A DNA stretch of 64,000 nt from a virus: positions 1 through 64,000 of the IMG/VR virus record IMGVR_UViG_3300049845_000008. One strand, written 5' to 3'. Below are positions 26,286-36,511 of this stretch, piece after piece. Both the position numbers and the translations under genes were made by a program. Numbering within the stretch: the first letter of the stretch is position 1; every line of letters starts with the position of its first letter. The notes beneath the pieces are model-generated. The model searched no databases. It had not been told where the DNA came from and saw nothing but the letters and a program-made list of their open reading frames with translations.

Positions 26286-27298
26286 TACATGTACTCTGTG
26301 ATATTGGTGGAGAAGCCAAACGCTTCTTCGATACTGTTGGCAGTGTTAGGAATTGGCTCGACTGTGATGTTGACTAACTGGTTTGGATCCGTGGAATAGG
26401 ACACCACGTTATATCTAGCTCCCGAAGCAGCGCCCACCAGAATAGTATTCGGACGGAAGGTGCCATTGGTATCGTAGACGATCATGGTGTTCGAAGTCTC
26501 ATTCCAATTACGAACATAGGCGGTGGCTGTGGCTTCTGAAACGTCCGGTCCCTGATAGACCAGTTCGTTGTACTTGTAGGTTCCGCAATCCGTATTCGCC
26601 ACGGACGGAGCAAGCACAATCTCACGCAATGGATTAGTCTCAAAGGTGGCATCGTACACGTTCGCGGTGGCTTTCTTGATAGGGCGAATGTCTGCGATAG
26701 GTCCGAAGAGATAGCCCTTTGCGGTGAAGTTCAGCGTCCAGATGATGCTTCGCGTAGACTCAGGATCACCTTCATGCGAGTCATCGTAGGTAATGGAGTT
26801 GAACACAATCGGAACGTCGAGTTTCATGTCGTTGATGCCGACGAAATCCAGAGTCACGGTGTAGTCGGGCGTGAAGTAGGGAAGAATTTGCTCGACCAAC
26901 TGTGCACCGTCTTCCGTGTTACGCACGAAGATGTACAGGTTGAAGTCGAAGTTGTATGGAGTGTAGCGTGCTTTCTTCAAGCCGAGAGGAAGCCCCTCTG
27001 CGAACTGCTCTGAGAAGTTGCTGACCTTGCGCAGCGGATCATACGAGATACCGTTCATTTCGAATGCCATGCGCGGCAGCGTGAGGTTCATTGGATTCAC
27101 GAAGTCGGGTGAACTGCTGATGCGCATGTAGAACTTTTCCTTCGATGCGTACATCAGAGGAACCGTGACACGCTCAATCTCAATGTCCGAGTTGGTGGAC
27201 TGATCGTAGCGCACAAGCCGCATGTCATTGAACAGCGATCCGAAAGCCACTACGAGCTTACGAATGATGCGATGATAGTAGTGAGTTTGTGCGAGCAT
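26285..27298 (-). CDS. gp15: Tail sheath stabilizer / tail terminator
   Basis: YHRIIRKLVVAFGSLFN, TLPRMAFE, QLVEQILPYFTP. Confidence 0.95.
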   Translation of the reverse strand: MLAQTHYYHRIIRKLVVAFGSLFNDMRLVRYDQSTNSDIEIERVTVPLMYASKEKFYMRISSSPDFVNPMNLTLPRMAFEMNGISYDPLRKVSNFSEQFAEGLPLGLKKARYTPYNFDFNLYIFVRNTEDGAQLVEQILPYFTPDYTVTLDFVGINDMKLDVPIVFNSITYDDSHEGDPESTRSIIWTLNFTAKGYLFGPIADIRPIKKATANVYDATFETNPLREIVLAPSVANTDCGTYKYNELVYQGPDVSEATATAYVRNWNETSNTMIVYDTNGTFRPNTILVGAASGARYNVVSYSTDPNQLVNITVEPIPNTANSIEEAFGFSTNITEYM

Positions 27299-28170
27299 TA
27301 TGGGCTACCAAATGGATTAGACTCAGAGAAGTCGAGGTAGTTGTTGGCTTCCTCTTCGATGATTTCGTTGTCGCCAATCTCACCCTGCGGAATCGTCGCA
27401 TTGTAGAGAACGTTGTAGTCGGTCAGTGTGGCTGTCGCATTGGAGGTTAGACCAGTGATGACACCGTTAGCCACGAACTCGCCACGGATATTGCGCAGCC
27501 GCAGAATACCTTCCGGACGATCATACTTCACCACGATGCCAAAGATATTGGATCCGGTGTTCGCACCTTGGAATGCAACCTCACCGCGTTCGAAAGAAGC
27601 GGTCGAAGTTGGAGCCACGTTGTATTGTAGCGAAAGCGCGGATTCGTCACCCATGAGGTCAATCTCTTCGATGCCTGTGTTGATGAACTCGCCGTTGTAC
27701 TTGAAGGTTTCAAGCGAGAGAACATACATGTAAGGAATGACCTTGCCCAACTGATAGAACGATGCGTCCTTTTCCACGAATCTAATTTCCATTAGCTTTC
27801 GCTGAGTCGGCATGAAGATCAGGTCGCCTTCCTTTGGCAGCACGCGCAGGGAAGTCGGCACGTACTTTTCGAACGTGCGACGAGCCATAGCCAATCGTGC
27901 GGTCTTTTCGATCTGCAAACCGAACTTGGAGAAGAATTCCTGCTGTCCACCGAAGTCCTGAAACGTTTCAAGGTACATGTCGATCTTGATGGCTTGATCG
28001 TAATACTTGACCGGATCATCACCAAACAGGGAGTCGAGAATGCCCTGCGAAGTGCGCGGCAGATAGTATACGTCGATGCCATGATTGCGAATGCTCTCAA
28101 TGACAAGATCCTCAAGGAGCATCTGCTCCCGAGTGGCGTTCTGATTGTTGAAATAGACGCTAGTAGGCAT
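27298..28170 (-). CDS. gp14: Neck protein
   Basis: EQMLLEDLVIESI..G.DVYYLPR, SKFGL, PKEGDLI, FYQLGK, DFSESNPFG. Confidence 0.95.
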   Translation of the reverse strand: MPTSVYFNNQNATREQMLLEDLVIESIRNHGIDVYYLPRTSQGILDSLFGDDPVKYYDQAIKIDMYLETFQDFGGQQEFFSKFGLQIEKTARLAMARRTFEKYVPTSLRVLPKEGDLIFMPTQRKLMEIRFVEKDASFYQLGKVIPYMYVLSLETFKYNGEFINTGIEEIDLMGDESALSLQYNVAPTSTASFERGEVAFQGANTGSNIFGIVVKYDRPEGILRLRNIRGEFVANGVITGLTSNATATLTDYNVLYNATIPQGEIGDNEIIEEEANNYLDFSESNPFGSP

Positions 28171-28173
28171 GGC

Positions 28174-28998
28174 TTATCCTACGAGAAAATCTGGTGGCAT
28201 TTCCCATGTGCTTCGAAGTTGTTCTTCTAGGCGAATGATATCGGCTACAGCCTCTTCGTAGATGCCTTGCCCGTTGATGATCATACCTCCCGGCAATGTG
28301 TAGTTACCGTACTTCTTCATGTTCTCGCCCCACTGCTTCTTGATAAGCTGCGTAGAGTATTCCTTGAGCCACTCGTCGTTGTAGACCTTGGGGAAGTCCA
28401 CGGGTTCGATGACGCGGGTGCATTCGATCATGAGGTAGGTGTCAGCCGGAACTTCTGGCGCATTCCAGTGCATATCGATGTAGAGCCTGCCCATGTGCTT
28501 GCTGAACCGAATCGGGTTCTGCCCGATAAGAATCATTTCCAACATGCGAATGTGGGTACGGGCAATCCAGTAATACTGGTAGGATGAACTGGTGAATTCG
28601 TAGAGTTCGTTCAGGCGCAACTGGTAGTTCAGGTCAAAGATATTGAAATTAGCACTAGAGCCGCCACCCGAAATGACTTCGCCGGTCAGAGGGAAGATGC
28701 GATTAACACCGACAACCCCTTCTGGCAGCGGAACCCAACCGTAACTGGAATTAGCGACTGTCGAGTTAGCCGAGGTCGCAGAAGCCACGTTGCTGCCGTT
28801 CGCCAACATGTCCGCAGTCATCTTGATGGCTAGGTAGTCGGGGAAGGTCGCATCGTAGTGGAACTGGACGTACTTCTGCAACGCATCGTCAATCCGGTCA
28901 TCGACCTGATCTTCGTCTACGTTAATGTCAATGACTGGAAAGCCTAGCTTGCGTAGGCAGTAGTCCTTGAGTGATGCTTTGTCGGTTGGTTTTGCCAT
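28174..28998 (-). CDS. gp13: Neck protein
   Basis: LKDYCLRKLGFPVIDINV, WLKEY...KKQWGEN, LPGG..NG. Confidence 0.96.
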   Translation of the reverse strand: MAKPTDKASLKDYCLRKLGFPVIDINVDEDQVDDRIDDALQKYVQFHYDATFPDYLAIKMTADMLANGSNVASATSANSTVANSSYGWVPLPEGVVGVNRIFPLTGEVISGGGSSANFNIFDLNYQLRLNELYEFTSSSYQYYWIARTHIRMLEMILIGQNPIRFSKHMGRLYIDMHWNAPEVPADTYLMIECTRVIEPVDFPKVYNDEWLKEYSTQLIKKQWGENMKKYGNYTLPGGMIINGQGIYEEAVADIIRLEEQLRSTWEMPPDFLVG

Positions 28999-29037
28999 CG
29001 GGTTCTGTCCCTGTGGATGCTGTGAGGTGTGGTGAAT

Positions 29038-29044
29038 TATTTAG
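29038..29044 (-). promoter_or_regulatory. Late promoter (CTAAATA) for gp13
   Basis: Recurrent motif. Confidence 0.72.
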
Positions 29045-29694
29045 GCAAACTTGATGCCCCTACTCTCAAGGAATCGGTAGTCTTCCTCAAGGTAGTCCCG
29101 AATCTCAGCCTCTTCGTGCGGGGCGAGCGCATCCCGATCCGGCAGGGTGATGGAATCGTTGATTTTGGGAATCGGCATGGGATTATCCACCCCGAGTTGA
29201 GTCAGAATCTTCGAAACCTCGTTTTGGTAGTCTTCGAAGTTCAACGGAATGACGGGACCGGAGAGCCATGGCTTGTGGGTTTTGCCATAGGGACCGCGCT
29301 CCATATGCATCTTAAGCTTGCGAAACACTTCGATCATGGGAATACAGTCACACATTTGCCTCATTTCGTGCTTCTCCCATTCCCAATAGTTCTCCTGAGA
29401 GGTATAGGATGCAGGTAAATAGCTACCATAGAATGCACGAAAGAACTTGGCGTGGTGTCGTCCGCGCCGCAGATAGTTCATGATGGAGATACACCGGTCA
29501 AGCGGATTCCGATAGAATGCGTAACATGTGTACTCATTCAAATTAGGGTATTCTTTCATTTCCTCGTATCTGGTATGAGCCTCGTCACACACGGCTAGTG
29601 GAATACCCAAACCGGCAACCGCCGTTCGAAGTGCCTTGCTTCCGGTCCTAGGTGTGAAGAAAACCATGACCTTTCTTTCAGTGGAAAGTATCAT
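29041..29694 (-). CDS. Sulfotransferase-family protein 1 (Sulfotransfer_2-like)
   Basis: 5'-PSB-like FFTPRTGS, 3'-PB-like AFYRNPLDRCIS, C-terminal Y.EDY.F. Confidence 0.72.
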   Translation of the reverse strand: MILSTERKVMVFFTPRTGSKALRTAVAGLGIPLAVCDEAHTRYEEMKEYPNLNEYTCYAFYRNPLDRCISIMNYLRRGRHHAKFFRAFYGSYLPASYTSQENYWEWEKHEMRQMCDCIPMIEVFRKLKMHMERGPYGKTHKPWLSGPVIPLNFEDYQNEVSKILTQLGVDNPMPIPKINDSITLPDRDALAPHEEAEIRDYLEEDYRFLESRGIKFA

Positions 29695-29990
29695 TGCCCA
29701 TCTTTCAACTTGCGTTCTTCGTCTGTCAGAGGAATGGTTTCCATCAGATCAGCCGCGATTTCATACTTGTTGCCCTTGTAGCCGTGGCGAATGGATTCCC
29801 ACAGGTACGAGAGGTAGAACTTGAACCAACCCTCTTCTTCGACCTGATAGATATGTTCTAGCTCATGGCGGAATAGGCGATCCGTGACTTCCTCTCGCGT
29901 GCGCTTGAAGAAGATGAATGGGTAGATGGTGATGCCGCCGATCCACGTTTTGCGGAGCGGAAGAAAGTGATAGACGATTCTGATTTTCAT
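29691..29990 (-). CDS. Small zincin-type metallopeptidase-like protein
   Basis: GGITIYPFIF...RHELEHIYQ...YEIAA (HExxH plus a distal Glu). Confidence 0.7.
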   Translation of the reverse strand: MKIRIVYHFLPLRKTWIGGITIYPFIFFKRTREEVTDRLFRHELEHIYQVEEEGWFKFYLSYLWESIRHGYKGNKYEIAADLMETIPLTDEERKLKDGQ

Positions 29991-29994
29991 TTTG

Positions 29995-30552
29995 TTATAC
30001 CTTGAAGGTGATGCCTCTTGATTCGAAAAACTCGTAGTCCTGCTTGTAGAATTCCTTTATGTACGTCACTTCTTCGGGAGTCAGGTCATTGACCGTTCTC
30101 CTGTTGTCACTGGCATTCAGCCTAGGAATGTGAATGTTGTCTGGTATGCCAACGATGCGCAACACCTTTCTCATTTCGTTTTCGAAGTCGGCGTAGTCTA
30201 GCAGGTTGACCTTCACCTCCTCCGGATTGAGCCACCGCACCTGCGGCACAAAGTAACCATACTTAGAAACATACTCCATGACGTTGCTGACTGGAACCAT
30301 GTGTGAATACTTCCTGTAGTTGAATGCCATGAAGGACAGAAACTTCTCCACCGGTTCCCGATAGAACGCATAGACCTGATATTCATCAACATTTGGAATA
30401 TCGAGTTGTTTGATGCTAGGGTGATTGGTCTGATTCTCTGTATAGATCTTATCGATTTTACCATGATCCAGTAGAATCTGTCGCAATGTATGCGTACCCG
30501 TCTTGTGTGGGTAGAGGATAATGACTTTCTTTTTGGTGTCTACGTATGCCAT
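29995..30552 (-). CDS. Sulfotransferase-family protein 2
   Basis: PHKTGTHT, AFYREPVEKFLS, PQVRW, PRLN.S, FYKQDYEFF. Confidence 0.72.
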   Translation of the reverse strand: MAYVDTKKKVIILYPHKTGTHTLRQILLDHGKIDKIYTENQTNHPSIKQLDIPNVDEYQVYAFYREPVEKFLSFMAFNYRKYSHMVPVSNVMEYVSKYGYFVPQVRWLNPEEVKVNLLDYADFENEMRKVLRIVGIPDNIHIPRLNASDNRRTVNDLTPEEVTYIKEFYKQDYEFFESRGITFKV

Positions 30553-30992
30553 TATTTTTCTGCCGTAGCTGACATGGTATGAGTACCAGTTGCAATAAGA
30601 ACACTGTTTGAGGTGTACCGAATTTCGACAGTGAGTGTTGCATCAAGAGTACCTGCGTTCTGTTGGTCGATTGAATAGCTTCTATCAGTTGCCATACCGA
30701 TCCATGTGTTGTTTGCCCACCCTGCTGAGAATGTTGGAACTGTCGTTCCAGAAGTAAACGTGGCTCTCAACTGATAATCAGCCGAAGCACCCGCCAATCT
30801 CCACGCATAGGAAGAGGCTCCCGTGGTACCAAATACTTGACATGTTCCGTTTGCCCAATGCCAAATAGAAGCATTGGACGAATCTAAACCAGAATCAGCC
30901 ACAGTCTTGTTCTGAACCTGCGCGTCAAGCACAGGCGGTGCAGCCGCCGCTTGCGCGTTGCCATAGGATAGGAGAATGTTGCGAATGCTCAT
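30552..30992 (-). CDS. Putative fibre-tip / virion protein
   Basis: S/T/G/N-rich beta-type domain shared with 31981-32814 and 45884-47107. Confidence 0.6.
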   Translation of the reverse strand: MSIRNILLSYGNAQAAAAPPVLDAQVQNKTVADSGLDSSNASIWHWANGTCQVFGTTGASSYAWRLAGASADYQLRATFTSGTTVPTFSAGWANNTWIGMATDRSYSIDQQNAGTLDATLTVEIRYTSNSVLIATGTHTMSATAEK

Positions 30993-31660
30993 GGGAAGGT
31001 TATTCCCTTGGATGTGAAGAAGTCATAGTCATCCTGATAGAACGCACGAATCTCAGCCGCGTCTTCTGGTGAGAGAATATCGATATCGGGACGCTTCGGT
31101 TGTTCGTTCTCGTTGGGAAGAACCCTGTCAGGATTTGCTCCGAACGCAGTCAGTAGTCTTCTCATTTCCGCGTCGTGATCGTGGAAGTTAAGAAGGATTA
31201 GATTGATGGACGGCTGATTTAGCCAGTTCACTTGCTTCGACCACGCCGCCAATCGCCCACTGTTGATTCGATCCTGCATTGCTCGCCAGACCTGAATCGG
31301 AGTGATGGTGTCGTTTGCAGCCTGCAATTCAGGAGAAAGATCCTCATAGAACTTTCGATTGAGGCATGAAATTCTTGCGCCGTTTCCCAAGACTCTGTGC
31401 ATGATTTCAGCACACCACCGACGCTTCATGAACATCAGCATGGAGAGCGCACGATCTAATGGTTCCCGATAGAACGCATAGAAGGTGAACGCACCCAACT
31501 GTGATTGCATCTGAGGAAACTGAACGAGCATTCCGTCCAGATTGATGTGATCGTGTGAGACATGCGTAAGCGATGCATCCCTGAACACTTCGTAGAGGGA
31601 ATGTGTGGCTGTCTTTGGCGGCATGAATACCGCTAGTTTTCGGGTGTTATCAATGATCAT
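30989..31660 (-). CDS. Sulfotransferase-family protein 3
   Basis: FMPPKTATHS, HDH, AFYREPLDRALS, QVNW, FYQDDYDFF. Confidence 0.75.
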   Translation of the reverse strand: MIIDNTRKLAVFMPPKTATHSLYEVFRDASLTHVSHDHINLDGMLVQFPQMQSQLGAFTFYAFYREPLDRALSMLMFMKRRWCAEIMHRVLGNGARISCLNRKFYEDLSPELQAANDTITPIQVWRAMQDRINSGRLAAWSKQVNWLNQPSINLILLNFHDHDAEMRRLLTAFGANPDRVLPNENEQPKRPDIDILSPEDAAEIRAFYQDDYDFFTSKGITFP

Positions 31661-31971
31661 TCTGTGTACGTCCCGTTGTAGATGCTCAGAATAACATCCA
31701 CGTTATGATCCTGCATGGCAAGCACATCTGAGTTATTCTCAACCCAACTATCCAACACCAGATCCCGAACGTCGGCGGATGGAATGAAAGTCTGTGGTGT
31801 GGGAGGAGGAAGATCAACCCAATGTGCGCTGCGATACATCTGCCCTGTTTCCAGATCAGTTGTGAGAAGGAACACTCGCAGTCTGGTGTAGACAGTATCG
31901 TTGAAGGTTGCGTCGAAATAGGATTCAGCGTCTTCTAATGGTATGTAGACCTTATGCTTATACGATGCCAT
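31657..31971 (-). CDS. Putative fibre-associated accessory/chaperone protein
   Basis: LPPPTPQTFIPSADV...LDSWVE resembles the FIPY.DLT...V..WV motif of small genes that follow phage fibres. Confidence 0.5.
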   Translation of the reverse strand: MASYKHKVYIPLEDAESYFDATFNDTVYTRLRVFLLTTDLETGQMYRSAHWVDLPPPTPQTFIPSADVRDLVLDSWVENNSDVLAMQDHNVDVILSIYNGTYTE

Positions 31972-31980
31972 GATGTAATC

Positions 31981-32814
31981 TCACTTAAAGTTGTGGCTCA
32001 ATACGCCTTCCATGAAGTATGTATGCGCGTCTTCGACTTCGAAGCTTACCACTTCACCGGCACCTACGTAGTCGATTGCGGTGATGGTACTCTTTCCGAG
32101 TCTCATGCCGACGTTCAGCTTACAGGCGCGTATCAGAGTGTCACCGTCTTCCAGATAGAAACGATGCAAGTCCGAACAGATAATTTCCTTGCCATCATCG
32201 AATCTGATGCGAAACTTGATGGCTTGCTGTATCTTGATGTTGGTGATTGGATAGGAACCCAATTCTTTTGTCGTTTCGTGAACCGCAAGCACTTTCATTC
32301 CGACCTTTAGTTCACCCGCACGGATAGTGGATCCATTCGCAAGCGTGATGCGCATACTTGGATCCGGACAACCCAAATACTCATACTCTGCCGAACATTC
32401 ACAATAGACGTTGGATATTAGTTTTAGAGAATTCTTTTCTCGCAATTGCAACCAAAACCGTATGTTGACTGCGGTAGTGGTTGTATAGATTCCCCACCAC
32501 GGATCTGCACCACAATCAATCCACGTATTTGCGGATGAACCCACAAGAGTTCCTCCCGATTGAGAGAAAAATCTTGCGTTGGCTTGATAGTTGTTTGCGC
32601 CGCCACCCTGCAACCAAATCATCTTCGGAAGTGTAGTGGTGAGTGTATTGGCTGTATAGAACGTGCCATTGCCCGTGATTGTATGTCCTCCACTATTCCA
32701 TATCTTAATGTCAGCCTGAGTTCTCGGTCCCGGTGTCACAGCACCCGAATTATAGTTTCGCGATATGAAAGTCCCGAATCTAGACCACTGTTGCGTGCCA
32801 CGCGCCACCGTCAT
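31981..32814 (-). CDS. Fibre-tip-like domain fused to a C-terminal Hint autoprocessing domain
   Basis: Hint starts at G|[13 protein letters not shown] (Cys149); block B ICSDLHRF; block [24 protein letters not shown]. Confidence 0.8.
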   Translation of the reverse strand: MTVARGTQQWSRFGTFISRNYNSGAVTPGPRTQADIKIWNSGGHTITGNGTFYTANTLTTTLPKMIWLQGGGANNYQANARFFSQSGGTLVGSSANTWIDCGADPWWGIYTTTTAVNIRFWLQLREKNSLKLISNVYCECSAEYEYLGCPDPSMRITLANGSTIRAGELKVGMKVLAVHETTKELGSYPITNIKIQQAIKFRIRFDDGKEIICSDLHRFYLEDGDTLIRACKLNVGMRLGKSTITAIDYVGAGEVVSFEVEDAHTYFMEGVLSHNFK

Positions 32815-35800
32815 GTGATATCTCCTGAAACAATCGCTTCACCCGTGGTGGTGTAGAAGATGGAGGCTACGGAATACCTTGCGGCAAGGTTCGATGTGAT
32901 GTATCCTGCGGAGTTCAACTTCGCTACGCCCGTCGTGTTGGCAATGGTGACGTTGCCTGTGTTGGTTCTGATGATGGTGATACCGAAGCCTGCGTTGGTT
33001 GCAGCCGCGAGCGTGATCGTCATGGCTGTTGTCGAGTTGCAGAGCAGAACCTTACCTGCATGGTTATCGCTAACCGTTCGTGACGATGTTACCTGAATCA
33101 TCGGCATGTCCGAGACATTGCTCGTCATTCTCACATTGCCGCTGAACAATACGTCCGAAGAAACCGTCGTGCCGAAGGACGTACCCTGAGTACCCTGTCT
33201 TCCCTGTACACCCTGAATACCCTGCGCACCGGTAGCACCTTGCGATCCACCACCGCCACCGGTAGACTCAATGCTTCCTAGGAGATAGATGGCATTGGTT
33301 GCGGCGTAGACGATGGTGACGGCTGAGTTCTGCGAAGCGATGTTCGAAGTGGTGAACGTCGTGCTGTTCGACTTGAGCGCAAGGTTAGCAATCGTGACAT
33401 TGCCTGTTCCCTTACGAACCACCGTGACTGCAAAGCCAGAAGTAGACGAGTTAGCGAACGTGATCGTCGTCGCGGATCCGGAGTTGACTTCGACAATCTT
33501 ACCTGCGGCATTCTCAGCATAGTGCGTAGAAACGGCTGTAGTAATGATGGGTGTGTCAAACACCTGATCAGTGAACACCACGTTTGCGTTGAACGTAACG
33601 TCCGTGGCAACTGTCGTGCCGAACGAAGTACCCTGAATACCTTGAAGCCCTGTTGCGCCCTGAGAGCCAGTACCGGTAGCACCTTGAGTGCCTGTACCTG
33701 TCGTTCCCTGCCGACCTTGAAGCCCCTGAATGCCTTGCAATCCGGTGGTGCCTTGTGCACCCGTAGCACCTTGAGTTCCTGTTCCGGTTGTGCCTTGCGA
33801 TCCAGTTGCGCCTTGAGTACCGGTCAGTCCTTGTAGACCGGTCGTGCCTTGTGATCCACTTCCAGTGAGTCCTTGAAGACCCGTTGCACCTTGCGTGCCT
33901 GTTCCTGTGGTACCTTGAGTTCCAGTCAGTCCTTGTAGACCAGTGGTTCCCTGTGCGCCTGTTGCGCCTTGTGTTCCTGTGCCAGTTGCACCTTGCGTGC
34001 CGGTGCCAGTGGTTCCTTGCAGACCCGTAAGCCCTTGCAGACCAGTGGTTCCCTGCCGTCCTTGAATACCTTGCAATCCGGTCGTACCCTGAGAACCTGT
34101 AGTTCCCTGAATGCCAGTTGTACCTTGAGAACCCGTAGTTCCCTGAATGCCAGTTGTACCTTGTGCGCCGTTCGTCCCTTGCAGTCCAGTCGTACCCTGC
34201 GCACCCTTCCGCGCAACAGCAAGCTTGATCTTGAAGTTGCTAGAGAATGAGGTTGTCGTTCCGTTGTTGATGAGTGAAAGCCCGAATTCATAGTAGCCCG
34301 TCTTATTGGTTTTAGACGTAACAGTATACGAGAAGAACTTGGACGCATCACCCGGATCTTGTAGAAGAAAAATGTCGCCTACATTCGTGTAGTTGAGGAA
34401 CAAGCTTACGTCAACAGCACTATCGTTGAGAATGTCGATCCACATCAACGTTGCGAGTGTGAGGTTTGCGTTGTTCAGCTTCAACTTGCCCGAACCCGGA
34501 TCAGAGTCCGTGGTGCCGGTGTCGAATCGATAGTCCGTTGCTAGCGCAGAAACACCTTCGTTGCCAGTGATGCCCTGAGTTCCTTGCGAACCTGTGGTTC
34601 CCTGCAATCCAGTCAAACCCTGTAGCCCTGTGGTTCCTTGTGAACCTGTGGTGCCTTGCGATCCAGTCAAACCCTGTAGTCCAGTCGTACCCTGCGAACC
34701 CGTCGTTCCTTGGCGACCTTGAATACCTTGCAGACCAGTAAAACCTTGAAGTCCCGTCGTGCCTTGTGCGCCTGTGGTTCCCTGTGCGCCAGTCGAACCT
34801 TGAATGCCTGTAGCACCCTGAGTTCCAGTCGCGCCTTGAGAACCTGTAATGCCCTGTAGTCCCGTTGCGCCCTGAGTTCCTGCACCGGTCGCACCTTGAG
34901 TACCGGTTCCAGTGAGTCCCTGTAGACCAGTCGTTCCCTGTGAACCCGTCGTTCCCTGTGAACCCGTTGTGCCTTGAAGACCCGTTAGTCCTTGCAGCCC
35001 TGTGGTGCCTTGTGCACCCGTGGTGCCTTGTGAACCGGTCGAACCCTGAATGCCTGTGAGTCCCTGTAGTCCGGTTGTTCCCTGTGCGCCAGTGGTGCCT
35101 TGTGATCCGGTGGACCCTTGAATGCCAGTTGCACCTTGAGTACCTGTCGTACCCTGAATCGATGTACCCTGAACACCCTGAATACCTTGTGCGCCTGTTG
35201 CACCGGCTGCGCCGCCGAGATTAACATCCCAATTGGTAAACGTGCCAGAGCCACCCGTGGTTGCAATGGATGCCACCATGGTTCCGTTTGCGACGTAGTA
35301 GGAACTGACGGACCCTTCCATCTTGTTGACAGCCGTGTTTGCGATAACAACAGACTGTCCTGTGGAGTATGCAAGTCCGGTTGCAATGGTAAGTTGCTTA
35401 GTTCCGGTGCCAATTGTCAATGAGGTTGTAGACGTTGTGGCATACTTGTCACCGGCATTGCCCGTCGTGCCTTGAACACCCTGAATTCCCTGTGCACCGA
35501 TTGTTCCTTGTGCACCGGTGAATCCCTGAATGCCAGTAGCCCCTTGTGAGCCAGTCGTACCTTGAACACCCTGAATGCCTTGTGCGCCGGTCGTACCCTG
35601 AGTTCCGGTAAGTCCTTGAAGTCCGGTCGTTCCCTGCCGTCCTTGAATACCTTGCAAACCAGTGATGCCCTGTGCACCGGTCGAACCTTGTGTGCCTGTG
35701 AATCCTTGAATTCCTGTTGCGCCTTGAGAACCAGTCGTGCCTTGTGCGCCAGTGGTTCCCTGAGAACCTGTCGAACCCTGTAGACCAGTGGTTCCCTGCC

Positions 35801-36464
35801 GACCTTGAATGCCTTGGCTTCCGGTCGCACCTTGGCTTCCGGTCGCACCTTGGCTTCCGGTCGCGCCTTGCAACCCTGTCGTTCCCTGTGCACCCGTCGA
35901 ACCCTGAATGCCCGTAGCGCCTTGAGTTCCGGTTGCGCCTTGTGCACCAGTAATACCCTGATTAGAGATACCCTGAATACCTTGAATGCCGGTGAAGCCT
36001 TGAATGCCAGTGGCACCCTGAACACCCGCGCCGGTCAGACCTTGTGTGCCTTGCAGTCCGGTCGATCCCTGAGTACCTGTCGCGCCCTGAGAACCTGTGA
36101 TGCCTTGAATGCCCTGTGCGCCGGTTGATCCCTGAGTTCCAAGTGCGCCTTGCGTACCGGTGGCACCCTGAGTGCCTGTTGTTCCTTGCGGTCCTGCGAC
36201 GGTACCGGCAATGATCATGGAAACGTTGGCGTTGCCGGTCGGTCCCTGCGTCACGGATACGAGAATGTCGCTTGTGTTTACAAAGTTGATTCCGTTGGCA
36301 TTGATGGTGGATGCAGAGTTGGCTGAGACAAGAACTTCGGAGATTCCTCCACCACCGCCGAGTCCACCGCCTGCTTTCCAAGAATAGCCATCCCACTCCC
36401 AAGATGTACCATCATTGGAAGTGAAGATCGTACCGATGATGGGATTGGAAGGAAAGTCTGCCAT
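32811..36464 (-). CDS. Collagen-like fibre protein A (1217 aa)
   Basis: Long G-x-Q-G-x-T triple-helix tracts interrupted by globular domains; N-terminal FPSNP..G...W.WDG..W motif. Confidence 0.88.
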   Translation of the reverse strand: MADFPSNPIIGTIFTSNDGTSWEWDGYSWKAGGGLGGGGGISEVLVSANSASTINANGINFVNTSDILVSVTQGPTGNANVSMIIAGTVAGPQGTTGTQGATGTQGALGTQGSTGAQGIQGITGSQGATGTQGSTGLQGTQGLTGAGVQGATGIQGFTGIQGIQGISNQGITGAQGATGTQGATGIQGSTGAQGTTGLQGATGSQGATGSQGATGSQGIQGRQGTTGLQGSTGSQGTTGAQGTTGSQGATGIQGFTGTQGSTGAQGITGLQGIQGRQGTTGLQGLTGTQGTTGAQGIQGVQGTTGSQGATGIQGFTGAQGTIGAQGIQGVQGTTGNAGDKYATTSTTSLTIGTGTKQLTIATGLAYSTGQSVVIANTAVNKMEGSVSSYYVANGTMVASIATTGGSGTFTNWDVNLGGAAGATGAQGIQGVQGTSIQGTTGTQGATGIQGSTGSQGTTGAQGTTGLQGLTGIQGSTGSQGTTGAQGTTGLQGLTGLQGTTGSQGTTGSQGTTGLQGLTGTGTQGATGAGTQGATGLQGITGSQGATGTQGATGIQGSTGAQGTTGAQGTTGLQGFTGLQGIQGRQGTTGSQGTTGLQGLTGSQGTTGSQGTTGLQGLTGLQGTTGSQGTQGITGNEGVSALATDYRFDTGTTDSDPGSGKLKLNNANLTLATLMWIDILNDSAVDVSLFLNYTNVGDIFLLQDPGDASKFFSYTVTSKTNKTGYYEFGLSLINNGTTTSFSSNFKIKLAVARKGAQGTTGLQGTNGAQGTTGIQGTTGSQGTTGIQGTTGSQGTTGLQGIQGRQGTTGLQGLTGLQGTTGTGTQGATGTGTQGATGAQGTTGLQGLTGTQGTTGTGTQGATGLQGLTGSGSQGTTGLQGLTGTQGATGSQGTTGTGTQGATGAQGTTGLQGIQGLQGRQGTTGTGTQGATGTGSQGATGLQGIQGTSFGTTVATDVTFNANVVFTDQVFDTPIITTAVSTHYAENAAGKIVEVNSGSATTITFANSSTSGFAVTVVRKGTGNVTIANLALKSNSTTFTTSNIASQNSAVTIVYAATNAIYLLGSIESTGGGGGSQGATGAQGIQGVQGRQGTQGTSFGTTVSSDVLFSGNVRMTSNVSDMPMIQVTSSRTVSDNHAGKVLLCNSTTAMTITLAAATNAGFGITIIRTNTGNVTIANTTGVAKLNSAGYITSNLAARYSVASIFYTTTGEAIVSGDIT

Positions 36465-36498
36465 GAATGTACTCTAAGGTGGAAAGAGCTATGCCACC

Positions 36499-36505
36499 TA
36501 TTTAG
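36499..36505 (-). promoter_or_regulatory. Late promoter (CTAAATA) heading the collagen A-sulfotransferase operon
   Basis: Recurrent motif about 35 nt upstream of the ATG. Confidence 0.72.
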
Positions 36506-36511
36506 CCGCTG

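Noticed and set aside
31981-32814. Canonical mobile intein
   Set aside because: No +1 Cys/Ser/Thr, essentially no C-extein and no homing endonuclease; treated as a Hint autoprocessing domain instead.
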